A stretch of DNA of 64,000 nucleotides, taken from an uncultured Gemmatimonadales bacterium (GTDB lineage Bacteria; Gemmatimonadota; Gemmatimonadetes; Longimicrobiales; Gaopeijiaceae). The notes under the pieces were generated by a model, which made no database searches, was not told where the DNA came from, and was given only the letters and a program-made list of their open reading frames with translations. The DNA is taken from NCBI GenBank assembly GCA_963809895.1, contig CAWELD010000003.1:320001-384000 (forward strand), written 5' to 3'. The translations under genes and the position numbers were made by a program. This document shows, in pieces, positions 1 through 12,821 of the stretch (position 1 is the first letter of the stretch; the number at the start of each line of letters is the position of its first letter).

Positions 1-3011
<3,011 letters not shown>

Positions 3012-3028
<17 letters not shown>

Positions 3029-4961
3029 TACGGTTGTCCGCTGCCGAGGTCGGTGAGGGTCGCCGCTCCGGCGTGCGTCCGCTTCCCGACGACGCCATCC
3101 AGCTCTCCAGGAGGAGGAGCAGGAGGGCGGCCAGGAGCAGCGGGCGCCAGAGCTCGTGTCCCTGCCGGCTCGTGAAGGTCTCGCGGCTCCAGGCTCGTGG
3201 CGTCGCGACGCTGATCACGCCGTCGCCCACGCGCTCCTGGAGGGCGTCCTGCGGGAGTGGATCGAGCAACGACTCGCGCACCGAGGCGTTGAGCGCCACC
3301 CTGGCCAGGACGGAATCTTCCCGGAGAATCGTGTAGATCCCGGGATCCCGCGTCGTTCGAAGCTCACTCGTACCGTCCACGGGGGTCCGGGTTCCGTCGG
3401 GCGACTCCACCTCGGTGGCGGCGGACGGAAGGGGGAGCGCCTCGCCCGTGAGCCTCGGCTGCGCGGACGCCGCCGCACCCCATCCCGAGAGCGCCCACTC
3501 GAGGAAGGGGACCATGGCGGCGTCGACGGGAAGGGTGGTGGCGTCGGCGTCCAGCGGCGACCCCAGCAGCAGGTACGACGCGGCGCCCACGTCTTCGGAG
3601 ATCAGCCAGGGCTCTCCGTCGGAGAGGCGGACCAGGACCGAGGCCGAGGGAGGGGCACCTTCGGGAGGCGCGAGACGATAGTGGCGGCGCACGCGCACCC
3701 CGTCGAGGGACAGCGGGACCCGGCTCTCGCCGACCCCGGCTTCACCACCCGTTTCCAGGGATTCGTAGCGCCAGGGGACCTGGGCGTCGGCGAGACGGCG
3801 GTTGAGGGCCGGGAGCAGCGCGGGATCGGCAGGGGGGACGACGATCCGGCGCGCCGCACGCGTGTCGCCGATGCCTGCGCCCCCGCCAGCCAGCAACACG
3901 TCTGCGGGCTGGCTCGGGCCGGCCGCGGCGAGGCGACCGCCCTCCTCGAGCACCGCCAGCGCCTCGCGCGCGAAGGTGCCCGGGTCTCCGGCCGACTCGA
4001 CCCGGGGCGGCGGCCGCACGTCGAAGGCCAGGTAGCGGCGATCGTCGGCGCGCAGCTCGTCGGGGTCGGCCTCGGCGTAGCCCTGGACGGAGCCGGTGGG
4101 GAAGGGCCCCACCGGCAGCACGGCGCTCCCGCCCGGACGCACGCTGGTGGCGCCTCGTACGCGCGCTTCCAGGAGGAGCCGCACCGTGACGGCGGCGGTA
4201 TCGGTGGGGGATCCGCCGAGCGCCACGGTGACGTCGGTGCGCCGGTTGGCCAATGGGGGAAGGCCACCGCCCGCGCTCGCGTCGCGCAGATAGTGGTTGG
4301 GCCCCGGCTCCGGAATCCCCGTGAACACCACCACGGGGACGCCGTCGGCCGGCGCGGCCCCGTCGCCGAAGGCCGACGCCTGGAGATCGGAGAGGAGCTG
4401 GATCTCCGCCGCCGGCAGGTCGGACTCGCGCACGAGGCCGGCGGCCCTACGAAGCGCCTCGTCGAGATCGCCCCGCGTTCCGGTGACCTCGGTCTCGGCC
4501 ACACGGCGCCGTGCCTGGGCCGGCGGACCGGGCACCGCCACCTCCCAGGGCTCCCCCGCGCGAATCACCCAGATGCGATCTTCCGGCGCCGCAGCGTCCA
4601 ACGATGCGTCGGCCAGCTCCCGGAGCCGGTCCAGGACCCGCTCGTCACCCACCACGCGCCCGGAGCTGAGGGAGTTGTCGACGATGAGTACCAGGGCGGT
4701 GGGCAGGTGGGCCGCCCCGCGGCCTCGCAGGAAGAGCCGTGCACCGGCGGCGACCAGCACCAGGACGGTCAGCACCCGCACCACCAGCAACAGGAGCTGT
4801 CGGGTGCGGATACGGCGGGCGTGCTCCCGTTCGGTGCGCAGCAGGTAGCGCAGCGCGGGGAACAGCACCGTGCGGCTCTCGTGGCGATGGAAGAGGTGCA
4901 GCACCAGCGGCACCGCCACGGCGGCGGCCGCCAGCAAGAAGAGGGGGTTCAGCCAGCCCAC
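3012..4961 (-). CDS. BatA N-terminal / vWA domain membrane protein
   Basis: N-terminus WLNPLFLLAAAAVAVPLVLHLF...FPALRYL; MIDAS-like DNSLS; C-terminal TM (ELWRPLLLAALLLLLLESW). Confidence 0.85.
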
Positions 4962-4977
4962 GACACGCGCCTCCGCC

Positions 4978-5895
4978 TCACCCGAGCCGCTCTCGCTTCC
5001 GCAGGTAGGCGCGCAACGCCAGCGACAGCGGGCGGTCCGTGTCCACGATCTCGTAGTCGATCCCGTGGGGCTTGAGACTCCGCTGCCACTCGTCGAGGGC
5101 GCGGCGCACGGCGTCCCGGTACTCGGAGCGCACGTCGGCTACGCTCACCTGGAGCTCGGCCTGGGTCTCGGGATCCACGAAGCGCGCCTCCGCCGCCGCC
5201 GGGAGCTCGCGCTCGCCGGGGTCGATGAGGTGGAAGACCAGCACCTCGTGGCCGCGGTGGCGGAGGAAGCGCAGCGCCGTGCGGGTCTCGTCGGGGTCCA
5301 CCAGGAGGTCGGAGAGGAGGATGACCAGCCCTCGACGTCTGAGCCGGGTCGCCAGGTCGCGGAGGGCCGTCTGTGCCGCGGTGCGCCCGCCGGGCTGCAG
5401 GGCCCCGAGTTGCCGCACCAGCTCGTGCCACTGGCGACGGCCGCCCCGGGGATGGACCCGTTGCACCACCTGCTCGTGGAAGGCGGTCATCCCCACCGTG
5501 TCCCCCTGGCGCAGGAGGATCAGCGCCAGTGCCGCCGCGAGGTGGCGGGCGTACCAGAGCTTGGTGGGCAGCGTCGCATCCGAGCTCCATCCCATGGAAG
5601 CGCTCACGTCCATGAGAAGGTACGCTCGGAGATTGGTCTCCTCTTCGAACTGCTTCACGTAGAACCGGTCCGAGCGGCCATACATGCGCCAGTCGATGTA
5701 GCGCAGGTCGTCACCGGGCTGATACGCTCGAAGCTCCGCGAACTCGGCGGAGAACCCCCGATGGGGCGAGCGGTGTAGACCCATGAGGAACCCCTCCACC
5801 ACCTCGCGGGCGATGAGCTCCACGCCCCCGAGCTGAGCGAGGGTCGCTGGGTCCATGAGGTCGGGCCGGACGGCCGTGGGTTCGTGGGAAGACAT
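4978..5895 (-). CDS. DUF58 family protein (MoxR-associated)
   Basis: GLHRSPHRGFSAEFAELRAYQPGDDLRYIDW...FYVKQFEEETN...DVSASM. Confidence 0.92.
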   Translation of the reverse strand: MSSHEPTAVRPDLMDPATLAQLGGVELIAREVVEGFLMGLHRSPHRGFSAEFAELRAYQPGDDLRYIDWRMYGRSDRFYVKQFEEETNLRAYLLMDVSASMGWSSDATLPTKLWYARHLAAALALILLRQGDTVGMTAFHEQVVQRVHPRGGRRQWHELVRQLGALQPGGRTAAQTALRDLATRLRRRGLVILLSDLLVDPDETRTALRFLRHRGHEVLVFHLIDPGERELPAAAEARFVDPETQAELQVSVADVRSEYRDAVRRALDEWQRSLKPHGIDYEIVDTDRPLSLALRAYLRKRERLG

Positions 5896-6052
5896 GAGCG
5901 CCGGAACCTAGAGGCCTGCGCGGTCCGCCACAATGCGGGTCCGGTGGGTGTCCACCCACGGGTCCTGGACCCGTCCACTCTCGTGGACACCGAGCAGCTC
6001 GACGGGCGGGTTTCCCGGCGCGGAAGGGCAGGCTGCGGCGCGCTCCGGGGCC

Positions 6053-6067
6053 TGGCACGGCCCGTGC
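6053..6067 (+). promoter_or_regulatory. Candidate sigma54 (-24/-12) promoter of the DUF4384-like gene
   Basis: TGGCAC-GGCCC-GTGC with canonical GG-N10-GC spacing, ~70 nt before ATG 6139. Confidence 0.4.
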
Positions 6068-6138
6068 GACGGAGTTCATCGGATCGATGTACCTGGCGGG
6101 ACGCGGGAGGAAGGATGCCTGGCACGGCACGAGGCACA

Positions 6139-7647
6139 ATGCGAGTGGGTCGGACCCTGGCGGCGCTGGCGATCACGCTGGCGGCCTCGGGTGCGGTCAC
6201 GCGTGCCATGGCGCAGCAGCCGGAGCTGACGGCTCGTATCTGGACCGACCGAAGCGAGGACGCGATCCTGCACCGCGGCGAGCGTCTCCGGCTCTACTAC
6301 CGCACGGCCGCCGACGCCTACGTGGCGATCTTCCAGATCGACACCAACGGCACCGTGCGTCTCGTCTATCCCCGCTCGCCCGAAGAGAACCACTACGTGC
6401 GGGGAGGGCGGGACTACAGGCTGCTCTTCCCCAGCGCCACCTGGTGGTACGTGCAGGATGATCCGGGCGTCGGGTACTTCTTCGTGGTGGCCTCTCCCGA
6501 GCCCTTCGACTTCAACGATCTGCGCTACTCGCACTACGAAGGCGGTTGGGACCTCTCCACGGTGGGGCGCAACGTCTACACGGATCCGTACGTGGCCATG
6601 GACGACTACGTGGCCACCCTGGTTCCGGATTGGGAGTACGTGCCCTACGCGTTGGACTTCCTCGAGTACTCGGTGGAGGACCGGTACGAGTATCCCCGTT
6701 TCCTCTGCTACGACTGTCACACCTTCCGGCCGTACTACACCTGGAACCCGTACCTCTATACCTGCACGAGCTTCCGGGTGGTCGTCTACGACAACCCCTA
6801 CTACTACCCGTCCACGCGTTATCGCGGGGACCAGGTCGTGTACGTGCGTCCTCCCTCTCCCGGTCAGCCCCGCTTCACCTTCAAGGAGCGCGGACGTGGC
6901 GAGGCCGGAACGCCCCTCGTCGTGGAACGGCCCCAGGTGGGGCGGCTCCCGGGTGTGCCGGGCAGCGCCCAGCCGAGACGCTCCACGGCCGGCATCGGAT
7001 CCGGTGGTGAGGCGCGGGGCTCGGTCCCCACGCGCAACGCCCCGGTCCCCATCCGCGGTCTCGGGGATCCGCGGGCGACGCCCCGCAGTTCTACGGGCCG
7101 TCCGTCCGATGCCCTGCCGGGGCGTGGCAACCCCGTCGGCGCCCCGCTGCCGGGCACCACGCAGCGGTCGGGTGGTGATCCCGGCACGCAGCGCCCGCCC
7201 GCCGGCGTGGACAGTCGCAAGCGACCCATTCTGCAGCGCCGGCCCACCGGGAGCGGCGGCAGCGGAGGGAGCACCCGCCCGACGCAGGCCCTGCCCAGGA
7301 CGAGCGGTGGCGGCTCGGCGCTGCCGACCCGGCCGACCGTGAGGCCTACCACGGGAGGCGGCGGCTCCTCTACCGGCTCGCCGACGCGGCGACCCGTGGT
7401 GCGCAAGCCCACCGGCGGTGGATCGTCATCGCCCCCGAAGCCCGTCGTTCGCAAGCCGCCCAAGACCGGCGGCGGCGGCGGATCGTCTCCGCCAGCGCGG
7501 CCCGTGGTGCGCAAGCCGCCCAGGACCGGCGGCGGTGGCGGATCGTCACCGCCCTCGAGGCCCGTCGTCCGTAAGCCGCCCAGGACCGGCGGCGGAGGCG
7601 GATCGGCGAGTCCCCCGCGCCGTGCCGGAGGCGGGGGCGGCTTCTGA
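6139..7647 (+). CDS. Secreted DUF4384-like protein with CxxCH motif and Pro/Gly/Arg-rich repeat tail
   Basis: Start re-set to ATG 6139, which gives a signal peptide (MRVGRTLAALAITLAASGAVTRAMA-QQ). Then GERLRLYYRTAADAYVAIFQIDTNGTVRLVYP (DUF4384-like) and CYDCH at 6706-6720. Confidence 0.75.
   Translation: MRVGRTLAALAITLAASGAVTRAMAQQPELTARIWTDRSEDAILHRGERLRLYYRTAADAYVAIFQIDTNGTVRLVYPRSPEENHYVRGGRDYRLLFPSATWWYVQDDPGVGYFFVVASPEPFDFNDLRYSHYEGGWDLSTVGRNVYTDPYVAMDDYVATLVPDWEYVPYALDFLEYSVEDRYEYPRFLCYDCHTFRPYYTWNPYLYTCTSFRVVVYDNPYYYPSTRYRGDQVVYVRPPSPGQPRFTFKERGRGEAGTPLVVERPQVGRLPGVPGSAQPRRSTAGIGSGGEARGSVPTRNAPVPIRGLGDPRATPRSSTGRPSDALPGRGNPVGAPLPGTTQRSGGDPGTQRPPAGVDSRKRPILQRRPTGSGGSGGSTRPTQALPRTSGGGSALPTRPTVRPTTGGGGSSTGSPTRRPVVRKPTGGGSSSPPKPVVRKPPKTGGGGGSSPPARPVVRKPPRTGGGGGSSPPSRPVVRKPPRTGGGGGSASPPRRAGGGGGF
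7393..7620 (+). repeat. Intragenic tandem repeat: three 60-bp units plus a shorter 48-bp unit
   Basis: Units at 7441, 7501 and 7561 (cccgtNgtNcgNaagccgcccaNgaccggcggcggNggcggatcg...) encode PVVRKPPRTGGGGGSSPPxR; a truncated unit starts at 7393. Confidence 0.9.
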
Positions 7648-7794
7648 GGGCCGCCGGGCCGATCGGCCCGGTTACCGGTAAGCGCGCGCGGCACGGACGC
7701 CGATTGTTGGGCGGGCCCGGGCCGCCGTTAGCTTTTCCCGCTCGCCGGCCCTCGCGGCCCGGCACGCGCTCCCCCGTCTCCAGCGACCTGTTCA

Positions 7795-9597
7795 GTGCGC
7801 CTCGATCACATCCGGAATTTCTGCATCGTCGCACACATCGACCACGGCAAGTCCACCCTGGCCGACCGTCTTCTCGAGCAGACGGCCACGCTGGACCGCC
7901 GACAGATGCGTGAGCAGGTCCTGGACTCCAACGAGCTGGAGCGGGAGCGGGGGATCACCATCAAGCTCCACGCCGTGCGCATGGACTACGTGGCGAGGGA
8001 CGGTGACAGCTACGAGCTGAACCTCATCGACACGCCCGGCCACGTGGACTTCACCTACGAGGTGTCGCGTTCCCTGGCGGCGTGCGAGGGCGCGATCCTG
8101 GTGGTGGACGCCACCCAGGGGGTGCAGGCCCAGACGCTCTCCAACCTCTTTCTGGCGCTGGACGCGGACCTGGAGATCATCCCGGTCATCAACAAGATCG
8201 ACCTGCCCGGGGCCGAGCCCGAACGGCGGCGCGAGGAGGTGGCGGACCTGTTGGGGGTGGACCGGGACACGGTGCTCCTGGCCAGCGCCAAGGAAGGCAT
8301 CGGCGTGCCGGAGATCCTGGAGGCCGTGGTCGAGCGGGTGCCGCCGCCGACCGGTGATCCCGACGCCCCCCTGCGTGCGCTCATCTTCGACTCGTACTAC
8401 GACAAGTACCTGGGCGCCGTCCCCTCGATCCGCGTCGTGGACGGCCAGCTCCGCCCCGGCATGACCGTCGCCTTCGGCGCGGTGGACGCCCGCTACGAGG
8501 TGACGGAGGTCGGGTACATGCGGCTGGGTCGGGTCAAGCAGGATCTGCTGGGACCCGGCGAGGTGGGCTACCTGGTGGCGGCCATCAAGGAGGTGGGGGA
8601 CACGCGCCCGGGAGACACGATCTTCGACGCGGAGCAACCGCCGGGCGAGCTCCTGCCGGGCTACCAGGAGGTTCGCCCCATGGTGTTCGCGGGCCTCTAT
8701 CCCACCGATTCGGACGACTACGAGGATCTCCGCGACGCCCTGGACAAGCTCAAGCTCAACGACGCCTCGCTCCACTTCGAGCCGGAGACGTCGGCGGCAC
8801 TGGGGTTCGGCTTCCGTTGTGGATTCCTCGGGCTCCTGCACATGGAAATCGTGCAGGAGCGGCTGGACCGGGAGTTCGGTGTGGACCTCATCACCACCGT
8901 GCCCAACGTGGAATACCACCTGCGACTCACCGACGGCACGGAGCTGGAGGTGGAGAGCCCCACCAACATGCCCGAGAGAGGTCGCATCGAGTCCGTCTCC
9001 GAGCCGGTGGTGAAGGTGCGCATCGTGGTGCCCGCCGACTACATCGGCAACGTGCAGAAGCTCGCCCACGACCGGCGGGGAGTCTTCACGCACATGGGGT
9101 ATCTGGACACGCAGCGCGTGGAGATCGACTACGAGCTGCCCCTGGCCGAGATCATCCTGGACTTCTACGACAAGCTCAAGAGCGGGACCCGGGGCTTCGC
9201 CGCCATGGACTACGAGTTCCTGGAGTACCGTGAGGACGACCTGGTGAAGCTCGACATCCTGGTCAACGCGGATCCGGTGGACGCCTTCAGCGTGATCATC
9301 CATCGTGACAAGGCCTACGAGTACGGACGGGAGATGACCCGCAGGCTCAAGGAGCTGATTCCGCGGCAGCAGTTCGAGGTGGTCCTGCAGGCGGCCATCG
9401 GCCAGAAGATCATCGCCCGCGAGACGGTGAAGCCGCTCCGCAAGAACGTGACGGCCAAGTGCTACGGCGGTGACATCACCCGCAAGCGCAAGCTCCTGGA
9501 GAAGCAGAAGGAAGGAAAGAAGCGCATGAAGCAGGTGGGAACGGTGGAGATTCCCCAGGAAGCCTTCCTCGCGGTACTCAGCCTGGGCGAGGACTGA
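7795..9597 (+). CDS. lepA: Elongation factor 4
   Basis: [54 protein letters not shown]. Confidence 0.99.
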   Translation: MRLDHIRNFCIVAHIDHGKSTLADRLLEQTATLDRRQMREQVLDSNELERERGITIKLHAVRMDYVARDGDSYELNLIDTPGHVDFTYEVSRSLAACEGAILVVDATQGVQAQTLSNLFLALDADLEIIPVINKIDLPGAEPERRREEVADLLGVDRDTVLLASAKEGIGVPEILEAVVERVPPPTGDPDAPLRALIFDSYYDKYLGAVPSIRVVDGQLRPGMTVAFGAVDARYEVTEVGYMRLGRVKQDLLGPGEVGYLVAAIKEVGDTRPGDTIFDAEQPPGELLPGYQEVRPMVFAGLYPTDSDDYEDLRDALDKLKLNDASLHFEPETSAALGFGFRCGFLGLLHMEIVQERLDREFGVDLITTVPNVEYHLRLTDGTELEVESPTNMPERGRIESVSEPVVKVRIVVPADYIGNVQKLAHDRRGVFTHMGYLDTQRVEIDYELPLAEIILDFYDKLKSGTRGFAAMDYEFLEYREDDLVKLDILVNADPVDAFSVIIHRDKAYEYGREMTRRLKELIPRQQFEVVLQAAIGQKIIARETVKPLRKNVTAKCYGGDITRKRKLLEKQKEGKKRMKQVGTVEIPQEAFLAVLSLGED

Positions 9598-9639
9598 GCC
9601 GCGGCCGGAGCTCGCGGTCCGACATTCCCGGAGGACACG

Positions 9640-10638
9640 GTGGCGGACGGACGCTGGATCATCGGAGTGGACATCGGCGGTACCAACCTCGTGGTGGGGG
9701 TTCTGCCCAGGGGTGGGGGTGAGCCCCTCGCCCTGCGCTCCCGTGCCACCGAGGCCTCACGCGGCGCCGACGCCGTGGTGACCGACGTGGTGCGCATGGC
9801 CCGGGACGCGGCCCGGGAAGTGCTCCAGGAGCACGGCGACGGGTGGGACCAGATCCTGGGGATGGGTGTGGGGTCACCCGGTCCCGTGGATCGATCGTCG
9901 GGGCTGGTCCTGGAGAGCCCGAACCTGGGCTGGCGCGCCTTCCCGCTCCGGGACCGTGTCCAGGCGCTGGTGGACTGGCCGGTGGCGGTGGACAACGACG
10001 CCAACTGCGCGACGCTGGGCGAGTGGTGGCAGGGTGCCGGTCGGGGGCTCGACCCGCTGGTGGGCATCGTGGTGGGCACGGGCATCGGTGGGGGATACAT
10101 CCTGGACGGACGGCTGGTGCACGGCGCCTCCGACGGGGCCGGTGAGGTCGGGCACACCACCATCAACGTGGCCGGCCGGCGCTGTGCCTGTGGCAACTAC
10201 GGGTGTCTGGAGGCCTACGCCTCGGGGCCCAACATCGCCGCCCGGGCCCGGGAAGGGATCGAAGCCGGAGCCGAGTCGCTGCTCACCTCCATGGTGGACG
10301 GAGATCTGTCGGTCATCACCGCCGCCACCGTCTACGAGGCGGTGGCCCAGCAGGACGCGTACGCCACCGAGGTGATGAACGAGACGGCCAAGATGCTGGG
10401 CGCCGGGGTCGCCAACGTGATCAACCTCCTGAACCCACGGGCCGTGGTCATCATGGGCGGGGTGACCCGGGCGGGCGCGCACCTGTTCGCGCCGCTCAAG
10501 GCCGAGGTGCGGCGCCGCGCCTTCCGGGTGTTGGCCGAAGCGTGCGAACTGCTGCCGGCGGCGCTTCCGGCGACCGCCGGGGTGGTGGGCGCGGCGGGGG
10601 TCCTCAAGCTGGAGCTCCTGGGCGACGTGGAGGGCTAG
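9640..10638 (+). CDS. ROK family sugar kinase (glucokinase-like)
   Basis: GVDIGGT, DNDANCA, GTGIGGG, GEVGH, CACGNYGCLE; no N-terminal HTH. Confidence 0.92.
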   Translation: MADGRWIIGVDIGGTNLVVGVLPRGGGEPLALRSRATEASRGADAVVTDVVRMARDAAREVLQEHGDGWDQILGMGVGSPGPVDRSSGLVLESPNLGWRAFPLRDRVQALVDWPVAVDNDANCATLGEWWQGAGRGLDPLVGIVVGTGIGGGYILDGRLVHGASDGAGEVGHTTINVAGRRCACGNYGCLEAYASGPNIAARAREGIEAGAESLLTSMVDGDLSVITAATVYEAVAQQDAYATEVMNETAKMLGAGVANVINLLNPRAVVIMGGVTRAGAHLFAPLKAEVRRRAFRVLAEACELLPAALPATAGVVGAAGVLKLELLGDVEG

Positions 10639-10942
10639 CAGGTCGCGGAAGAAGGGGAGTACCCCGCGCGCATGGCGCTTCCGCGCGTTCAGAGTAGGAA
10701 CGACGAGGAGTCGTAGCAGCGCTACGGCGACAAGGAGAGACGACCTATCAGCCGCGGAACCGCCATGCGCCCATCAACATGCGGGCTATGAACTTGGAAG
10801 GCAGAGGGTTGGGGCGGCACGGCCCCTCCTCCGTCGTTGAAGCTCCTAGACGTAGCTTTGGCTATGCCTTCGTCGCTTCGCCTAGGTTGAGGGGCCGTGG
10901 CGCTCCCAACGCGGGGTGCTCCCCTTCTTCCGCGACCTGCTA
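10636..10942. mobile_element. MITE-like non-autonomous element with 33-bp terminal inverted repeats
   Basis: 10636-10668 tagcaggtcgcggaagaaggggagtaccccgcg is the reverse complement of 10910-10942 with 1 mismatch. TA (or CTA) is present at both ends. No transposase; structured interior. Confidence 0.75.
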
Positions 10943-10944
10943 AG

Positions 10945-11931
10945 GTGCCGAGGCTGTGCGCGCTCGGAACCCTGGTGTGGGACACCATCGTGGCCAGGGA
11001 CGGTCGCGAGGCACCCGTGAAGGAGTGGGGCGGCATGGCCTACGCCTTCGGAGCCCTGGCCGCGGGTCTCCCCGCGTCGTGGGAGCTGGTCCCGGTCGTG
11101 AAGGTGGGACGGGATCTTGCGGAACCTGCGATGAGATTTCTCAGGTCATTGCCCCACAGCGACTTGACGTCTGGAGTTCGAGTCGTACCTGAACCGAACA
11201 ACCGGGTCGAGCTGCGCTATTTCGAAGGGGCCCGCCGCACGGAGCGGCTGTCCGGGGGCGTGCCCTCGTGGAGCTGGCCCGAGCTGGCGCCCATCGTGCG
11301 CTCCTGCGACGCCCTCTACGTCAACTTCATCTCGGGTTTCGAGCTGGAGCTCGACGTGGCCCGGTCGCTGCGCGCGGCGTATCCAGGCCCCACCTACGCG
11401 GACCTGCACTCCCTCTTTCTGGGCGTGGGCCGACAGGGGCTGCGCGTTCCGCGGGAGCTGCCGTCGTCGGGGGCCTGGCTGCGCTGCTTCGATGCGGTCC
11501 AGATGAACGAGGGCGAGTTCGAGCTCCTGGGGCGCGCCTGGGGCGATCCCTGGAGGCTCGCCGCAGAGGTGGTGGGCACCGAGTTGAAGCTCGTGTTGGT
11601 GACGCTGGGGGAGCGGGGCGCTGCCTACGTCACCGGACCGGGCTTTCGTCCCGATCCGGCGGCGTGGCCCGGCATGCGTCATCAGGTGGGTGTGGCCGGC
11701 GCCAGCCGCAGCGGCCACATGCCGCTGGCCGAGGGGCGGTTGGAGGGAGACCCCACAGGTTGCGGAGACGTGTGGGGAGCCACTTTCTTTGCACGTCTCC
11801 TGGCGGGCGACGCGCTGGACGCGGCCATCACGACCGCCAACGCCCGGGCTGCCCGCAACGTTCTGCATCGGGGCGCCCGGGGTCTCCACAGCTACCTGCT
11901 CGGCCGGCTGGCCGAGGGAACCGATCCGTGA
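10945..11931 (+). CDS. PfkB/ribokinase-family carbohydrate kinase
   Basis: Start re-set to GTG 10945 (PRLCALGTLVWD); WGG, QMNEGE, VTLGERGA, DPTGCGDVWGA. Confidence 0.85.
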   Translation: MPRLCALGTLVWDTIVARDGREAPVKEWGGMAYAFGALAAGLPASWELVPVVKVGRDLAEPAMRFLRSLPHSDLTSGVRVVPEPNNRVELRYFEGARRTERLSGGVPSWSWPELAPIVRSCDALYVNFISGFELELDVARSLRAAYPGPTYADLHSLFLGVGRQGLRVPRELPSSGAWLRCFDAVQMNEGEFELLGRAWGDPWRLAAEVVGTELKLVLVTLGERGAAYVTGPGFRPDPAAWPGMRHQVGVAGASRSGHMPLAEGRLEGDPTGCGDVWGATFFARLLAGDALDAAITTANARAARNVLHRGARGLHSYLLGRLAEGTDP

Positions 11932-12821
11932 ACGTCATCCCTTTGCCCGGGTCCCTGGATCACCGGACGCTGGACGGCTTCCTGGACGCCACCGCCGGCG
12001 CCGTCGGTGAGCGGATCCTCTTCGACGCCCGTCATCTGCGTTGGGTGGACCCTTCGGGGCTCGTGGGCCTGTTGGCGGCGGCGCGCCACGCCCAGCAGCA
12101 GGCCGGGGCCCGTCCCCGCATCCAGCTTCCCGAATCGCAGCAGGTGCTGGGCTACATGGCCCGCATGGGCTTCTTCCAGGCGGCCGAGGACATCCTGGAG
12201 ACGGACCAACGGCCCTCGCGGCGGGGTCAGGGCGACACCGACGTCCTCCTGGAGATCACGCCCATCACCACCAACGCCGACGTGCACCAGGTGGTGGACC
12301 GGGTCCAGCGCACCGCGGGCGCCATCCTCACCCGCACGCTGCACTACCCCGTGACGGCCGTGGTCCAGTTCAGCGTCATCCTGTCGGAGGTGTGCCAGAA
12401 CATCCTCGAGCACGCCCAGGCTCCGGGATGGGTGGCCGCGCAGGCGTACAACTGGCAGAAGCGGCTGGGGCGCCACGTGCTCGCCGTGGCGGTGGCCGAC
12501 CTGGGGATCGGCTTCCGCGGCTCGCTGGCCGATGAGCATTCGGCCCGTTTCGGTGACCGCTGGGGCGACGCCACCGCGCTGGAAGCCGCGTTCATCCACG
12601 GTCTGACGCGCTTTCCGGACTCGGGCCGAGGGCAGGGGATCCAGCAGATGCGGAAGCAGGTGCGCAAGTGGAACGGGGCCATCTCGATCCGCAGCGGCAC
12701 GGCCCGCATCGCCGACGTGCCGGACTGGGACGACGCGCCGCCTCTGCAGGACGGGCTGGCGGCCTTTCCGGGCTCCCAGATCTACATCCTCCTGCCCGGG
12801 CGGGAGGACGCGGATGCCTGA
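11928..12821 (+). CDS. STAS-like + HATPase (GHKL) domain protein, anti-sigma/Ser-kinase-like
   Basis: GTG overlaps the upstream stop. N-terminal ILFDARHLRWVDPSGLVGL (STAS-like); N-box SEVCQNILEHA, G1 DLGIGF, G2 GRGQGI. Confidence 0.75.
   Translation: MNVIPLPGSLDHRTLDGFLDATAGAVGERILFDARHLRWVDPSGLVGLLAAARHAQQQAGARPRIQLPESQQVLGYMARMGFFQAAEDILETDQRPSRRGQGDTDVLLEITPITTNADVHQVVDRVQRTAGAILTRTLHYPVTAVVQFSVILSEVCQNILEHAQAPGWVAAQAYNWQKRLGRHVLAVAVADLGIGFRGSLADEHSARFGDRWGDATALEAAFIHGLTRFPDSGRGQGIQQMRKQVRKWNGAISIRSGTARIADVPDWDDAPPLQDGLAAFPGSQIYILLPGREDADA

Noticed and set aside
7393..7620. Regularly spaced repeats as a CRISPR array
   Set aside because: In-frame coding tandem repeats with no unique spacers and no cas genes.
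7654..7681. Adjacent palindromes ccgggccgatcggcccgg and ttaccggtaa
   Set aside because: Most simply a terminator-like hairpin after the upstream gene; no second copy noticed.
10722..11036. 104-aa ORF across the MITE, and the 16-codon N-terminal extension of pfkB from 10897
   Set aside because: No transposase motifs and atypical codon usage; the extension is derived from the right end of the element.
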